From a virus (taxonomy: Duplodnaviria > Caudoviricetes): a DNA stretch of 64,000 bases. The stretch lies in the IMG/VR virus record IMGVR_UViG_3300046167_000724; one strand, written 5' to 3'. Positions 48,729-59,595 of this stretch are shown here, in pieces. The notes under the pieces are model-generated. The model saw only the letters and a program-made list of their open reading frames with translations, searched no databases and was not told the DNA's origin. Every line of letters starts with the position of its first letter. Within the stretch, counting starts at the first letter, position 1. The translations under genes were made by a program, and so were the position numbers.

Positions 48729-51700
48729 ATGTTTGATGATATCTCCGGCATTAATGATGGACCCAACGGTTCAAAACTGCCATTACTTAGAAAAATACTA
48801 AAGCGTCCTTTATCTCATGAAGAGATGGACTACAACCTAAGATTAATTCACAACATCTTGGACGATTACCCTATTTTAGGTGGTGGCGTTGAAGGTGAAG
48901 TTATTGCTTCTGATTTAGGTAAATCACTAGTACTTAAAGAATACCCGGCAAGTTCGGGTGATTGGGTATGGGTATTTGAAGATATTTCAGGTGGTAACGG
49001 TACATCAGGTGTTAATGGATCTGCTGGTTCTTCAGGTACTGATGGTACTTCGGGTTCTTCTGGTACAGATGGTACTTCAGGAACTTCAGGTTTGACACCA
49101 ACTGCAGGTGGTTCACCTTATACATATAGATATGAAATAAATAATCCAGTGGGTTCGCCTCAGGTAACTCCAACTGCGGCTACAATTTCATTTAATACAC
49201 AATCTGGTGAATTATACATACCATTCATTGATCAAAACGGTATCGACCATTCTAATAGAATATGGATGATATTAAATCAAGACGCATTTGATCTTGATAT
49301 TATTAGTTTTACGTCAGCTAATGTGTATGACCATTATGAATTTGGTGCTACTAATTACTACACAGCTAATTACGGTGGTTTTGATTTTTATGTTGTTGAA
49401 GTATTACAATTTAATGGTAGTGTTACTTCAAATCCAGGCGGTAATGCTTCTGGCTTCGCAAATCATGCGGGTACAATGCCACAGGGTATTGTAAATCCAG
49501 AATGTATTGTAACTTTTGATAAGTGGATTGATCCAGCACAGGGTGTTGCGGGTTCAGATGGTACTTCAGGTACAGACGGTTCTTCAGGTTCAAGTGGTTC
49601 ATCAGGTTCTTCAGGTACAGATGGTACTTCAGGTACAGACGGTTCATCGGGTTCTTCAGGGACAGATGGTACTTCAGGTACAGATGGTGCTACAGGTTCA
49701 TCGGGTTCAAGTGGTACAGATGGTACTTCAGGAACTGATGGTTCTTCAGGCTCATCAGGGACAGATGGTTCTTCAGGAACAGATGGTACTTCAGGTACAG
49801 ACGGTATAGACGGTTCTTCAGGTTCAAGTGGTACAGATGGTACTTCAGGGACAGATGGTATAGACGGTTCATCGGGTTCTTCAGGGACAGATGGTACTTC
49901 AGGTACAGATGGTACTTCAGGTACAGATGGTACTTCAGGTACAGATGGTGCTACAGGTTCATCAGGTTCTTCAGGTACAGATGGTACTTCAGGTACAGAT
50001 GGTGCTACAGGTTCATCAGGTTCTTCAGGTACAGATGGTACTTCAGGTACAGATGGTGCTACAGGTTCATCAGGTTCTTCAGGTACAGATGGTGCTACAG
50101 GTTCATCAGGTTCTTCAGGTACAGATGGTACTTCAGGTACAGATGGTGCTACAGGTTCATCAGGTTCTTCAGGTACAGATGGTACTTCAGGAACAGATGG
50201 TATAGACGGTTCTTCAGGTTCTTCGGGGACAGATGGTACTTCAGGGACAGATGGAACTAATGGTTCTTCAGGTACTTCTGGAACAAGTGGTGTAGACGGT
50301 GCAGATGGTGTAGGTTCTGGTAGAATTTACTACTTTAACGATTCAATTATAGAGGTAGCAAGTACTAAACAACTTTCAATGGATCCTACGTCAGGCGCTG
50401 AAAGAACAGTTAGTGTGTCAGCTATTCAAAATACAGATACAAAAATAGAAGAGTACATTTCAACTCCGTTTGATTTCACAGTCATACCCGGTGGTGTACA
50501 AAGATTCTTCTTATGGATGACTAAAGAGAATCAAAACGACGATATAGAAGTTTATGTGGTTCTTAAAGTAACTGATAACTCAGGTAACGTACTTGCAACA
50601 GCAGGTACGTCACAGGCTGTAAATATCGGTTGGAATAATAATAATACAACTCCAGTATTTACGGAAGTAGATATTACTCTTGCGTCGGCTCCAGTTGCTA
50701 TTGGCCAAAGAATGCTAGTAGAAGTATGGACTAAAAATAACGTAAATCAAGATCGTGATGTTACTTTCTATACAGAAGGTGCTGCACATTATTCATATGT
50801 AATAACGACACTTTCATTAATTTCAGGGACTTCAGGTACAAGTGGTACATCAGGGACTTCAGGGACTTCAGGGACTTCAGGTACAGATGGCGCTACAGGT
50901 TCATCAGGTTCTTCAGGGACAGATGGTACTTCAGGTACAGATGGTGCTACAGGTTCATCGGGTTCAAGTGGTACAGATGGTACTTCAGGAACTGATGGTT
51001 CTTCGGGGACAGATGGTACTTCGGGGACAGATGGTACTTCAGGTACAGATGGTATAGACGGTTCATCAGGTTCTTCAGGGACAGATGGTACTTCAGGTAC
51101 AGATGGTATAGACGGTTCTTCAGGTTCAAGTGGTACAGATGGTACTTCAGGTACAGATGGTACTTCAGGAACTGATGGTTCTTCAGGAACTGATGGTTCT
51201 TCAGGAACTGATGGAACTAATGGTACTTCGGGCACAGATGGTTCATCAGGCTCATCAGGCACAGATGGAACTAATGGTTCTTCAGGAACAGATGGTTCAT
51301 CAGGTTCTTCAGGTACTGATGGTACATCAGGTACTGATGGTGCTACAGGTTCATCGGGTTCAAGTGGTACAGATGGTACTTCAGGAACTGATGGTTCTTC
51401 AGGCTCATCAGGGACAGATGGTTCTTCAGGAACAGATGGTATAGACGGTTCTTCAGGAACAGATGGAACTAATGGTTCTTCAGGGACAGATGGTACTTCA
51501 GGTACAGATGGTATAGACGGTTCTTCAGGTTCAAGTGGTACAGATGGTACTTCAGGTACTGATGGTTCATCAGGTACTGATGGCTCGAGCGGCACGGATG
51601 GTACTTCAGGTACTGATGGTATAGATGGAACTTCAGGTACAGATGGTACTTCAGGTACATCGGGTACTTCAGGTACAGATGGTACTTCAGGTTCAAGCGG

Positions 51701-54700
51701 TACAGACGGTTCTTCAGGTACAGATGGTGCTACAGGTACTTCAGGTACAGATGGTACTTCAGGTACAGATGGAACTAATGGTTCTTCAGGGACAGATGGA
51801 ACTAATGGTTCTTCAGGAACAGATGGTATAGATGGTTCTTCAGGAACGGACGGAACTAATGGTTCTTCAGGAACGGACGGAACTAATGGTTCTTCAGGAA
51901 CAGATGGTTCTTCAGGAACGGACGGTACTTCAGGAACGGACGGTACTTCAGGTACAGATGGTTCAAGTGGTACGGATGGTACTTCAGGTACAGATGGTGT
52001 AGATGGTACTTCAGGTACTGATGGTACATCAGGAACTTCAGGCTCATCAGGAACAGATGGTTCTTCGGGTTCTTCAGGAACTAATGGTTCATCAGGAACA
52101 GATGGTTCTTCGGGTACTTCAGGTACAGATGGCTCAAGTGGTACGGATGGTACTTCAGGTACAGATGGTATAGATGGTACTTCAGGTACTGATGGTACAT
52201 CGGGCACTTCAGGTTCTTCAGGTACAAGCGGTACGGATGGTACTTCAGGTACAGATGGTACTTCAGGTTCAAGTGGTACTGATGGTACTTCAGGTACTTC
52301 AGGTACATCAGGTACAAACGGGACTTCTGGTACAGATGGTACATCGGGTACAAGTGGTACATCAGGTACATCAGGTACAGATGGTTCAAGCGGTACTGAT
52401 GGTACTTCAGGAACTTCAGGAACAGATGGAACTTCAGGCACGGACGGTACTTCAGGAACTTCAGGTTCAAGTGGTACATCAGGTTCAAGTGGTACATCAG
52501 GTACGTCAGGTACGGATGGAACTTCAGGAACGTCAGGTTCAAGTGGTACGGACGGTTCAAGTGGTACAGATGGCACAAGTGGTACAGATGGTACTTCAGG
52601 TACAGATGGCACTTCAGGTACATCAGGTTCTTCGGGAACAGATGGTACAAGTGGTACGTCAGGTTCTTCAGGAACAGATGGTACAAGTGGTACTGATGGT
52701 ACGAGTGGAACGGACGGTTCAAGTGGTACAAGCGGTACAGATGGTACTTCAGGTACAGATGGTACTTCAGGTACGTCAGGTACTGATGGTACTTCAGGTA
52801 CTTCAGGAACATCAGGTTCTTCAGGAACAGATGGTACGTCAGGAACAGATGGCTCTTCAGGCACATCAGGTACGGATGGAACTTCAGGAACAGATGGCAC
52901 ATCGGGTACATCAGGTACTGATGGTACATCGGGTACATCGGGTACATCGGGTACATCAGGTACATCAGGTTCTTCGGGAACAGATGGTACGTCGGGTACA
53001 GACGGTACATCAGGTACTTCAGGTACAGATGGTACAAGTGGAACATCAGGTTCTTCGGGAACAGATGGTTCTTCAGGTACGTCAGGAACTTCGGGTACGT
53101 CAGGATCTTCGGGTACGTCAGGTTCTTCTGGAACAGATGGGACTTCAGGTACTGATGGTACAAGTGGTACTTCAGGTTCTTCAGGCACAAGTGGTTCAAG
53201 CGGTACTGATGGTACTTCAGGTACTTCAGGGTCTTCAGGTACATCAGGTTCTTCTGGAACAGATGGGACTTCAGGTACAGATGGATCTTCGGGAACTTCA
53301 GGTACAGATGGTTCTTCAGGAACAGATGGTACATCAGGTACATCAGGTTCTTCAGGAACTTCAGGCTCATCAGGAACATCAGGCACATCAGGTTCTTCTG
53401 GAACAGATGGTACTTCTGGAACAGACGGTACTTCAGGAACTTCAGGTTCAAGTGGTACAGACGGAACAAGTGGTACATCAGGTTCTTCAGGGACTTCGGG
53501 AACATCAGGTTCTTCAGGAACTTCAGGTTCATCAGGTACAAGTGGCTCAAGCGGTACGGATGGTACTTCAGGAACTTCGGGTTCAAGTGGTACAGACGGA
53601 ACAAGTGGTACATCAGGTTCTTCAGGGACTTCGGGAACATCAGGTTCTTCAGGAACTTCAGGTTCTTCTGGAACGGATGGTACTTCAGGAACAGACGGCA
53701 CATCAGGAACAGACGGTACATCAGGAACAAGTGGTACTTCAGGTACTTCAGGTTCTTCAGGTACTTCAGGTACTGATGGTACTTCAGGAACTTCAGGTTC
53801 ATCGGGTACAAGTGGTTCAAGTGGTACGGATGGTACTTCAGGAACAGACGGTACGTCTGGTACAGATGGTACTTCAGGAACTTCAGGTTCTTCGGGAACA
53901 TCAGGAACATCAGGTTCATCAGGCACATCAGGAACATCAGGTTCATCAGGTACAGATGGTACAAGTGGTACAGACGGTACTTCAGGTACAAGTGGTTCTT
54001 CAGGAACTTCAGGTACTGACGGTACTTCGGGTACAAGTGGAACATCAGGAACATCAGGGACATCAGGAACATCAGGTTCATCAGGTACAGATGGTACTTC
54101 AGGTACAGATGGTACTTCAGGTACAAGTGGTTCATCAGGTACAAGTGGTTCATCGGGTACATCAGGTACATCAGGTACTAGCGGTTCATCGGGAACTTCA
54201 GGTTCATCAGGTACTTCAGGTACAGATGGTACTTCAGGTACAGATGGTACATCAGGAACTTCAGGCTCATCAGGAACAAGTGGTTCATCAGGAACTTCAG
54301 GTTCAAGTGGTACAAGTGGTTCATCGGGAACTTCAGGTTCATCAGGTACTTCAGGTACAGATGGTACTTCAGGTACAGATGGTACATCAGGAACTTCAGG
54401 TTCATCAGGAACAAGTGGTTCATCGGGTACATCAGGAACAAGTGGTACTTCAGGTTCTTCTGGTACTTCAGGTTCATCAGGAACAGATGGTACTTCAGGA
54501 ACGGATGGTACTTCAGGTACATCAGGTACTTCTGGTTCTTCAGGGACTAGCGGTTCTTCAGGAACATCAGGCACATCAGGCACTAGCGGTTCTTCTGGTA
54601 CTTCAGGTTCATCAGGAACAGATGGTACTTCAGGAACAGATGGTACATCAGGTACTTCTGGTTCTTCAGGGACTAGCGGTTCTTCAGGAACATCAGGCAC

Positions 54701-56771
54701 ATCAGGCACTAGCGGTTCATCGGGAACTTCAGGTTCATCAGGAACAGATGGTACTTCAGGAACGGATGGTACATCGGGTACTTCTGGCTCATCAGGCACA
54801 TCAGGTTCTTCTGGTACAAGTGGTTCTTCAGGAACTTCAGGTTCAAGTGGTACAAGTGGTACAAGTGGCTCATCGGGAACAGACGGAACTTCAGGAACAG
54901 ATGGAACTTCAGGTACAAGTGGCTCATCAGGAACATCAGGCTCATCAGGAACTTCAGGTTCAAGTGGTACGAGCGGTACATCAGGTTCATCAGGTACTTC
55001 AGGTACAGACGGTACATCAGGTACAAGTGGATCAAGCGGTACATCAGGTACTTCGGGTACTTCAGGTACTTCTGGGTCTTCAGGTACATCAGGTTCAAGT
55101 GGTACGAGTGGCACATCAGGTTCTTCAGGTACTGATGGTACTTCAGGCACAGACGGAACTTCAGGTACAGACGGAACTTCTGGAACATCAGGTTCATCTG
55201 GAACATCAGGTTCATCAGGGACTTCAGGTTCATCGGGAACTTCAGGAACATCAGGTTCAAGTGGTACAGATGGTACTTCAGGAACAAGTGGGTCATCAGG
55301 AACAAGTGGGTCATCAGGAACTTCAGGTACTTCAGGTACATCAGGTACAAGTGGCTCGAGCGGGACAAGTGGAACTTCAGGTACAAGTGGCACGGACGGT
55401 ACATCAGGTACTGATGGTACTTCAGGTACTGATGGTACATCAGGAACTTCAGGTTCTTCAGGAACTTCGGGTTCTTCGGGGACTTCAGGTTCATCAGGAA
55501 CTTCAGGTACTTCTGGTTCTTCAGGTACAGATGGTACTTCAGGAACTTCTGGTTCATCAGGAACTTCAGGTTCATCAGGAACTTCAGGAACTTCAGGCTC
55601 ATCAGGAACTTCAGGTTCTTCGGGAACTTCAGGTTCATCAGGTACAAGTGGTTCAAGTGGTACGGATGGTACATCAGGAACAGATGGTACTTCTGGAACG
55701 GACGGTACTTCAGGAACTTCAGGAACTTCAGGAACTTCAGGAACTTCAGGTACGGACGGCACTTCAGGGACGGATGGTTCATCAGGAACTTCTGGTACGT
55801 CTGGTACTTCTGGTACGGACGGCACATCAGGAACAAATGGCACATCAGGTACAAGTGGCACATCAGGTACAAGTGGTACATCAGGTACAAGTGGATCAAG
55901 CGGTACATCGGGTACTTCAGGTACAGATGGAACTTCTGGTACGTCTGGTACTTCTGGTACAAATGGTACTTCAGGAACGAGTGGTACATCGGGAACAAGC
56001 GGTACAAGTGGATCAAGCGGTACATCGGGTACTTCAGGTACATCAGGTGACCCGGGTGACCCAGGGACGTCAGGTACATCAGGAACATCAGGACTACCGG
56101 GTGATCCAGGTGACCCAGGAACATCAGGTACATCAGGTACTTCAGGTACAGAAGGAGATAATTGGACATCTTATGGATCAAATCCTGCCGGTCCTGGCGC
56201 AAATGTGGGTGACCAACATTTAAACACAACAACTGGTGAAGTATTCCAATGGAATGGAAGCGCGTGGGTATCAACTGGTAATATTAAAGGAGCTGATGGT
56301 AATAACGGTACATCAGGAACTTCAGGTACTTCAGGTACAGATGGTGTTTCATATACTGAAGTTTCTATTAATTCAATACCTGCTTCACTAAGTATAACTA
56401 ACTTTATTAATAATGGTAACTCATGGCGTGACGCGTTTGTAGTAGTACCTACAGAATATGATGGATGGTATATACATGGTTACGTTGTAGCATACGGTGA
56501 TGCATGGCCTTCAGCAAATAATACATTTACTGTTGAACTTAGAAATCAAGTTGCACCAACTGCTCAGGTTGTTGTAGCATCTTTTAATTATTCACACCCT
56601 TCAGCAACTAGGGCGTGGGGTGATTATATTACGCCAGTTCAAGTTACGGCTGGATATACTATAAACATTGCGTTTAATTCAAACGGTGGGATTCCTGCTG
56701 GTGGTAATGCTTCGGGTTATACTGCAACTTTATTATTACTTCCAACTTCTAATAACCCATTCACACCATAA
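48729..56771 (+). CDS. giant Gly-X-Y (GTS/GTD/GSS) repeat protein, putative virion fibre
   Basis: N-terminal LR...KRPLSHEEMDYN fibre-like motif; globular domains between strict Gly-every-third repeats; GDQHLNTTTGEVFQWNGSAWVSTGNIKG motif near the C-terminus. Confidence 0.85.
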   Translation: MFDDISGINDGPNGSKLPLLRKILKRPLSHEEMDYNLRLIHNILDDYPILGGGVEGEVIASDLGKSLVLKEYPASSGDWVWVFEDISGGNGTSGVNGSAGSSGTDGTSGSSGTDGTSGTSGLTPTAGGSPYTYRYEINNPVGSPQVTPTAATISFNTQSGELYIPFIDQNGIDHSNRIWMILNQDAFDLDIISFTSANVYDHYEFGATNYYTANYGGFDFYVVEVLQFNGSVTSNPGGNASGFANHAGTMPQGIVNPECIVTFDKWIDPAQGVAGSDGTSGTDGSSGSSGSSGSSGTDGTSGTDGSSGSSGTDGTSGTDGATGSSGSSGTDGTSGTDGSSGSSGTDGSSGTDGTSGTDGIDGSSGSSGTDGTSGTDGIDGSSGSSGTDGTSGTDGTSGTDGTSGTDGATGSSGSSGTDGTSGTDGATGSSGSSGTDGTSGTDGATGSSGSSGTDGATGSSGSSGTDGTSGTDGATGSSGSSGTDGTSGTDGIDGSSGSSGTDGTSGTDGTNGSSGTSGTSGVDGADGVGSGRIYYFNDSIIEVASTKQLSMDPTSGAERTVSVSAIQNTDTKIEEYISTPFDFTVIPGGVQRFFLWMTKENQNDDIEVYVVLKVTDNSGNVLATAGTSQAVNIGWNNNNTTPVFTEVDITLASAPVAIGQRMLVEVWTKNNVNQDRDVTFYTEGAAHYSYVITTLSLISGTSGTSGTSGTSGTSGTSGTDGATGSSGSSGTDGTSGTDGATGSSGSSGTDGTSGTDGSSGTDGTSGTDGTSGTDGIDGSSGSSGTDGTSGTDGIDGSSGSSGTDGTSGTDGTSGTDGSSGTDGSSGTDGTNGTSGTDGSSGSSGTDGTNGSSGTDGSSGSSGTDGTSGTDGATGSSGSSGTDGTSGTDGSSGSSGTDGSSGTDGIDGSSGTDGTNGSSGTDGTSGTDGIDGSSGSSGTDGTSGTDGSSGTDGSSGTDGTSGTDGIDGTSGTDGTSGTSGTSGTDGTSGSSGTDGSSGTDGATGTSGTDGTSGTDGTNGSSGTDGTNGSSGTDGIDGSSGTDGTNGSSGTDGTNGSSGTDGSSGTDGTSGTDGTSGTDGSSGTDGTSGTDGVDGTSGTDGTSGTSGSSGTDGSSGSSGTNGSSGTDGSSGTSGTDGSSGTDGTSGTDGIDGTSGTDGTSGTSGSSGTSGTDGTSGTDGTSGSSGTDGTSGTSGTSGTNGTSGTDGTSGTSGTSGTSGTDGSSGTDGTSGTSGTDGTSGTDGTSGTSGSSGTSGSSGTSGTSGTDGTSGTSGSSGTDGSSGTDGTSGTDGTSGTDGTSGTSGSSGTDGTSGTSGSSGTDGTSGTDGTSGTDGSSGTSGTDGTSGTDGTSGTSGTDGTSGTSGTSGSSGTDGTSGTDGSSGTSGTDGTSGTDGTSGTSGTDGTSGTSGTSGTSGTSGSSGTDGTSGTDGTSGTSGTDGTSGTSGSSGTDGSSGTSGTSGTSGSSGTSGSSGTDGTSGTDGTSGTSGSSGTSGSSGTDGTSGTSGSSGTSGSSGTDGTSGTDGSSGTSGTDGSSGTDGTSGTSGSSGTSGSSGTSGTSGSSGTDGTSGTDGTSGTSGSSGTDGTSGTSGSSGTSGTSGSSGTSGSSGTSGSSGTDGTSGTSGSSGTDGTSGTSGSSGTSGTSGSSGTSGSSGTDGTSGTDGTSGTDGTSGTSGTSGTSGSSGTSGTDGTSGTSGSSGTSGSSGTDGTSGTDGTSGTDGTSGTSGSSGTSGTSGSSGTSGTSGSSGTDGTSGTDGTSGTSGSSGTSGTDGTSGTSGTSGTSGTSGTSGSSGTDGTSGTDGTSGTSGSSGTSGSSGTSGTSGTSGSSGTSGSSGTSGTDGTSGTDGTSGTSGSSGTSGSSGTSGSSGTSGSSGTSGSSGTSGTDGTSGTDGTSGTSGSSGTSGSSGTSGTSGTSGSSGTSGSSGTDGTSGTDGTSGTSGTSGSSGTSGSSGTSGTSGTSGSSGTSGSSGTDGTSGTDGTSGTSGSSGTSGSSGTSGTSGTSGSSGTSGSSGTDGTSGTDGTSGTSGSSGTSGSSGTSGSSGTSGSSGTSGTSGSSGTDGTSGTDGTSGTSGSSGTSGSSGTSGSSGTSGTSGSSGTSGTDGTSGTSGSSGTSGTSGTSGTSGSSGTSGSSGTSGTSGSSGTDGTSGTDGTSGTDGTSGTSGSSGTSGSSGTSGSSGTSGTSGSSGTDGTSGTSGSSGTSGSSGTSGTSGTSGTSGSSGTSGTSGTSGTDGTSGTDGTSGTDGTSGTSGSSGTSGSSGTSGSSGTSGTSGSSGTDGTSGTSGSSGTSGSSGTSGTSGSSGTSGSSGTSGSSGTSGSSGTDGTSGTDGTSGTDGTSGTSGTSGTSGTSGTDGTSGTDGSSGTSGTSGTSGTDGTSGTNGTSGTSGTSGTSGTSGTSGSSGTSGTSGTDGTSGTSGTSGTNGTSGTSGTSGTSGTSGSSGTSGTSGTSGDPGDPGTSGTSGTSGLPGDPGDPGTSGTSGTSGTEGDNWTSYGSNPAGPGANVGDQHLNTTTGEVFQWNGSAWVSTGNIKGADGNNGTSGTSGTSGTDGVSYTEVSINSIPASLSITNFINNGNSWRDAFVVVPTEYDGWYIHGYVVAYGDAWPSANNTFTVELRNQVAPTAQVVVASFNYSHPSATRAWGDYITPVQVTAGYTINIAFNSNGGIPAGGNASGYTATLLLLPTSNNPFTP
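49542..50322 (+). repeat. coding Gly-X-Y repeat block (~260 aa)
   Basis: GTD/GTS/GSS/GAT triplets, including tandem near-exact ~54-bp units. Confidence 0.9.
50826..56156 (+). repeat. coding Gly-X-Y repeat block (~1780 aa, ~590 triplets)
   Basis: Continuous 9-nt-period repeats (ggt act tca / ggt aca gat / ggt tct tca) with synonymous variation. Confidence 0.95.
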
Positions 56772-56791
56772 TTAATATAAATAAATAACAT

Positions 56792-58339
56792 ATGAGCAAT
56801 TGGTTATCAGTATTTGGAAGGGATTATGGCGTACCAGACCCTTGTGTAGAAAATCTATACGGGGTCTGCTTCGACGGTGTAAGTAGTTATGCTATTAATA
56901 GTGCAGGTATACTAGGTCCAGATACAAGTGCCGGTGGTACTAAGAAAATGTGGGTTAGTGTATGGGTTAAAGATATGTCAACTGCTGCGACCGATGTCGG
57001 TGAATCTATATTTAGCCAAGGTATTTCAAGTAATACTAGTAACGATTGGTTTAGAATTACATATAGGGCTCAAGCTTCAGGTGGAGCGCCAAGAAACCAA
57101 ATTGAATTAGAATGGAGAGTTAACGGTACTACTAATAGAGCTAGAGAGTTTTATAGATTATATTCTAGCAATTCTACTATAACGGGTGCTTCTTCAGATA
57201 CTGATTATTGGATTGATGGTAATACTAACATAAATACCAATGCTGACGGGTTTGTACATCTTTTATGGATAATGGACTTACCTCAAACCGGTACTTCTAT
57301 AAATACAGGTACTACTGATTTTAATTTATATTGGAATGGCCAACTTATGACGGCAACTCATGCTATTAATATGACTGGTACTTCAGGAGTTACAAATATT
57401 GCTGGCTCTGAGTTATCTATAGGTAGAGATACAGCTAATAGTGGTTCATATTGGAAAGGTATGCTAGATGAACTTTTTGTTATAAGTAAGGACCAAAGCG
57501 CACCATTTATGACAGAATACGGATTAAGTACTAATCAAGATATTGCTGATTACCTTTGGAACACTGGATGTCCAGGTGATTTAGGTAACGATAATAGATG
57601 GAACTTTAACTGGTGGAGATTTGAAAATAGTTGGAGTGCTAGGTCGGGTACAAATGCATGGAATCCTATTAATTCACCTTCTTTTGGTTCTTTTCCGAAT
57701 GGATGTTCATTTGCTGCAGCAGCAATAACATGTACTGAGAACTTATATTTAGCAGATTTTTATCATGCATCAAATATTCAAGTAGCTTCTAATAGCAGTG
57801 CTGATGTTTATGCTAGAATATCTAATAATCCAAATGACTTTGATAATTATGTTGGTTCGATCAATGGTTTAATGACATGGCAAATGATAGGTGCTTCTTT
57901 TATAGATAATGGTACTACTGTTGATACATCAACCGGTGATATTTATCAAGGGTCTGACTATTGGGTTAGAATGAAAGTATTAGATGGTGATGGAAATTCA
58001 CAAGCAATACCTTCGGTTGCAGGCGGAACATCTAACCCTAACACTGTAACATTTGATGAAAAAGATCCAACATCAGGTCAACTTACTGGTAATTCTGTAA
58101 CCTTCCAATGTATACAAGACGGTGTTAGCATTACAACCTCAGGCGCGGCTCAATTTATATTTAAAGCTAGAGCTATATCACAAACTGGTTTTGGTTTTTC
58201 AACACCTGGATATACGTTTTATCCACCTGTTAGTTCTACAGGTAATACACAAGGTACATTTTGTACAGCTTGGAGTTCTAATACACCTATTTATAGTATA
58301 ACTGCAGAAAACTTCTATACAACTGATTTTAATTATTAA
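56792..58339 (+). CDS. LamG/concanavalin-like domain protein, putative virion appendage
   Basis: FDGVSSY, SVWVK, W.H(L), LYWNG, IGR..WKG.LDEL pattern. Confidence 0.6.
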   Translation: MSNWLSVFGRDYGVPDPCVENLYGVCFDGVSSYAINSAGILGPDTSAGGTKKMWVSVWVKDMSTAATDVGESIFSQGISSNTSNDWFRITYRAQASGGAPRNQIELEWRVNGTTNRAREFYRLYSSNSTITGASSDTDYWIDGNTNINTNADGFVHLLWIMDLPQTGTSINTGTTDFNLYWNGQLMTATHAINMTGTSGVTNIAGSELSIGRDTANSGSYWKGMLDELFVISKDQSAPFMTEYGLSTNQDIADYLWNTGCPGDLGNDNRWNFNWWRFENSWSARSGTNAWNPINSPSFGSFPNGCSFAAAAITCTENLYLADFYHASNIQVASNSSADVYARISNNPNDFDNYVGSINGLMTWQMIGASFIDNGTTVDTSTGDIYQGSDYWVRMKVLDGDGNSQAIPSVAGGTSNPNTVTFDEKDPTSGQLTGNSVTFQCIQDGVSITTSGAAQFIFKARAISQTGFGFSTPGYTFYPPVSSTGNTQGTFCTAWSSNTPIYSITAENFYTTDFNY

Positions 58340-58341
58340 TT

Positions 58342-59595
58342 ATGGCAAGAGCAAGAGACGCATCAAAGATAGTATTGACATGGACTCCACAAGTTGGCGT
58401 CTATGGGCAAACATTACAAAGAAGATTATTAGGCTCTTCTACATGGACTAATATATTTGGATCACAAGGGTCAGGTGTAAGTACATATACTGATACATTT
58501 GGCCCTGGACAAACGCACGAGGCTACTGATATGCCGCACACGTCTTATGAATATAGGATAAAGAATACAAATTACTATGCACCTGATACATTTACAAGTG
58601 TAGATACGGTTGTATGTAAAAACTGTCCAACTGCCGGGGTTACTAATATCTTTGGATTTAAAAACGAGACTAACGGAGGTGGTAATGTTTTAGATTTCAC
58701 GTGGTTTGACCCAGAAGCTGAATGGCTAAATAGCAACTGGAATACTAGTAAATCTACGGCTAGAAATATCACTATTTCTAGCCAATCATCTGGCAGTGAA
58801 ATTGAATTAAGTTGTCATAAATGCGGTGAGGATATTGACTATTCTTTAAATATGATGAGTGGTACAACAACAGTTAACGGTGATTTTTCTTATATGACTG
58901 ATTATATAAGTATCGCATCATGGCTTCCAACGCCTATACCAGCATTTGGTTTTAACTCTAACTCTAATATGGGTAATATAGTTAAAAAATTAGACGTCGT
59001 AAACACATCTTCAATTGCAGTTTCAAAATTTCAATTAGGCGTCGGAAACATATATAACTCTACATTCTATCCATTTACTGGTAAAAAAATGTCTGGATTC
59101 GGCAGCGCGACTACGCAACCTACATACGCATCAGCATATGGTGATTATAATTTTAAATATATTCCAAATACTACGAATAGTAATAATATATTTACGGGTA
59201 TTAGAATAGGGTCGAGTTACGGCTCGGCATTCGATAGTGCACTTGCAGCTATATCGGGTAATAGTACATATGTCGCGATTGTAGATGAACAGTTTACACA
59301 GAATGCTATAGCCGCGAATACTCCTTACAAATGCCATATGCACATGTATAAGCTTACTAGATGGAGCGCATGGGATTACAATAGCGGTTCGGGCTCTGGA
59401 TACCAATACAATTCTAGGGGATTCCAAATGCTATACCACAATACTTTGGTTATACCTATTTCAGGTTCAAATGATACTTATCGAATAAGTTCAACACTTC
59501 ACTCTGATGTTAATTTTTATACTGAAGATCCATCTACAACTAATGCAAACCTTAGAAATCAACCAACAGTATATCTAAAAATATTTACAGTATAA
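58342..59595 (+). CDS. putative virion protein with FN3-like N-terminus
   Basis: LTWT...LQRR...WT...YTDT...YEYRI pattern; T/S/N/G-rich. Confidence 0.55.
   Translation: MARARDASKIVLTWTPQVGVYGQTLQRRLLGSSTWTNIFGSQGSGVSTYTDTFGPGQTHEATDMPHTSYEYRIKNTNYYAPDTFTSVDTVVCKNCPTAGVTNIFGFKNETNGGGNVLDFTWFDPEAEWLNSNWNTSKSTARNITISSQSSGSEIELSCHKCGEDIDYSLNMMSGTTTVNGDFSYMTDYISIASWLPTPIPAFGFNSNSNMGNIVKKLDVVNTSSIAVSKFQLGVGNIYNSTFYPFTGKKMSGFGSATTQPTYASAYGDYNFKYIPNTTNSNNIFTGIRIGSSYGSAFDSALAAISGNSTYVAIVDEQFTQNAIAANTPYKCHMHMYKLTRWSAWDYNSGSGSGYQYNSRGFQMLYHNTLVIPISGSNDTYRISSTLHSDVNFYTEDPSTTNANLRNQPTVYLKIFTV

Noticed and set aside
50789-55861. 1690-aa minus-strand ORF (PEVP/PDVP/PSVP repeats)
   Set aside because: Antisense shadow of the GTS repeat, whose codons lack stops on the opposite strand; no independent promoter or domain.
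52174-56223. 1349-aa alternative + frame ORF and other Q/V/L/M- or Y/L/H/K-repeat ORFs between 49.4 and 56.3 kb
   Set aside because: Out-of-frame read-throughs of the same 9-nt periodic repeat.
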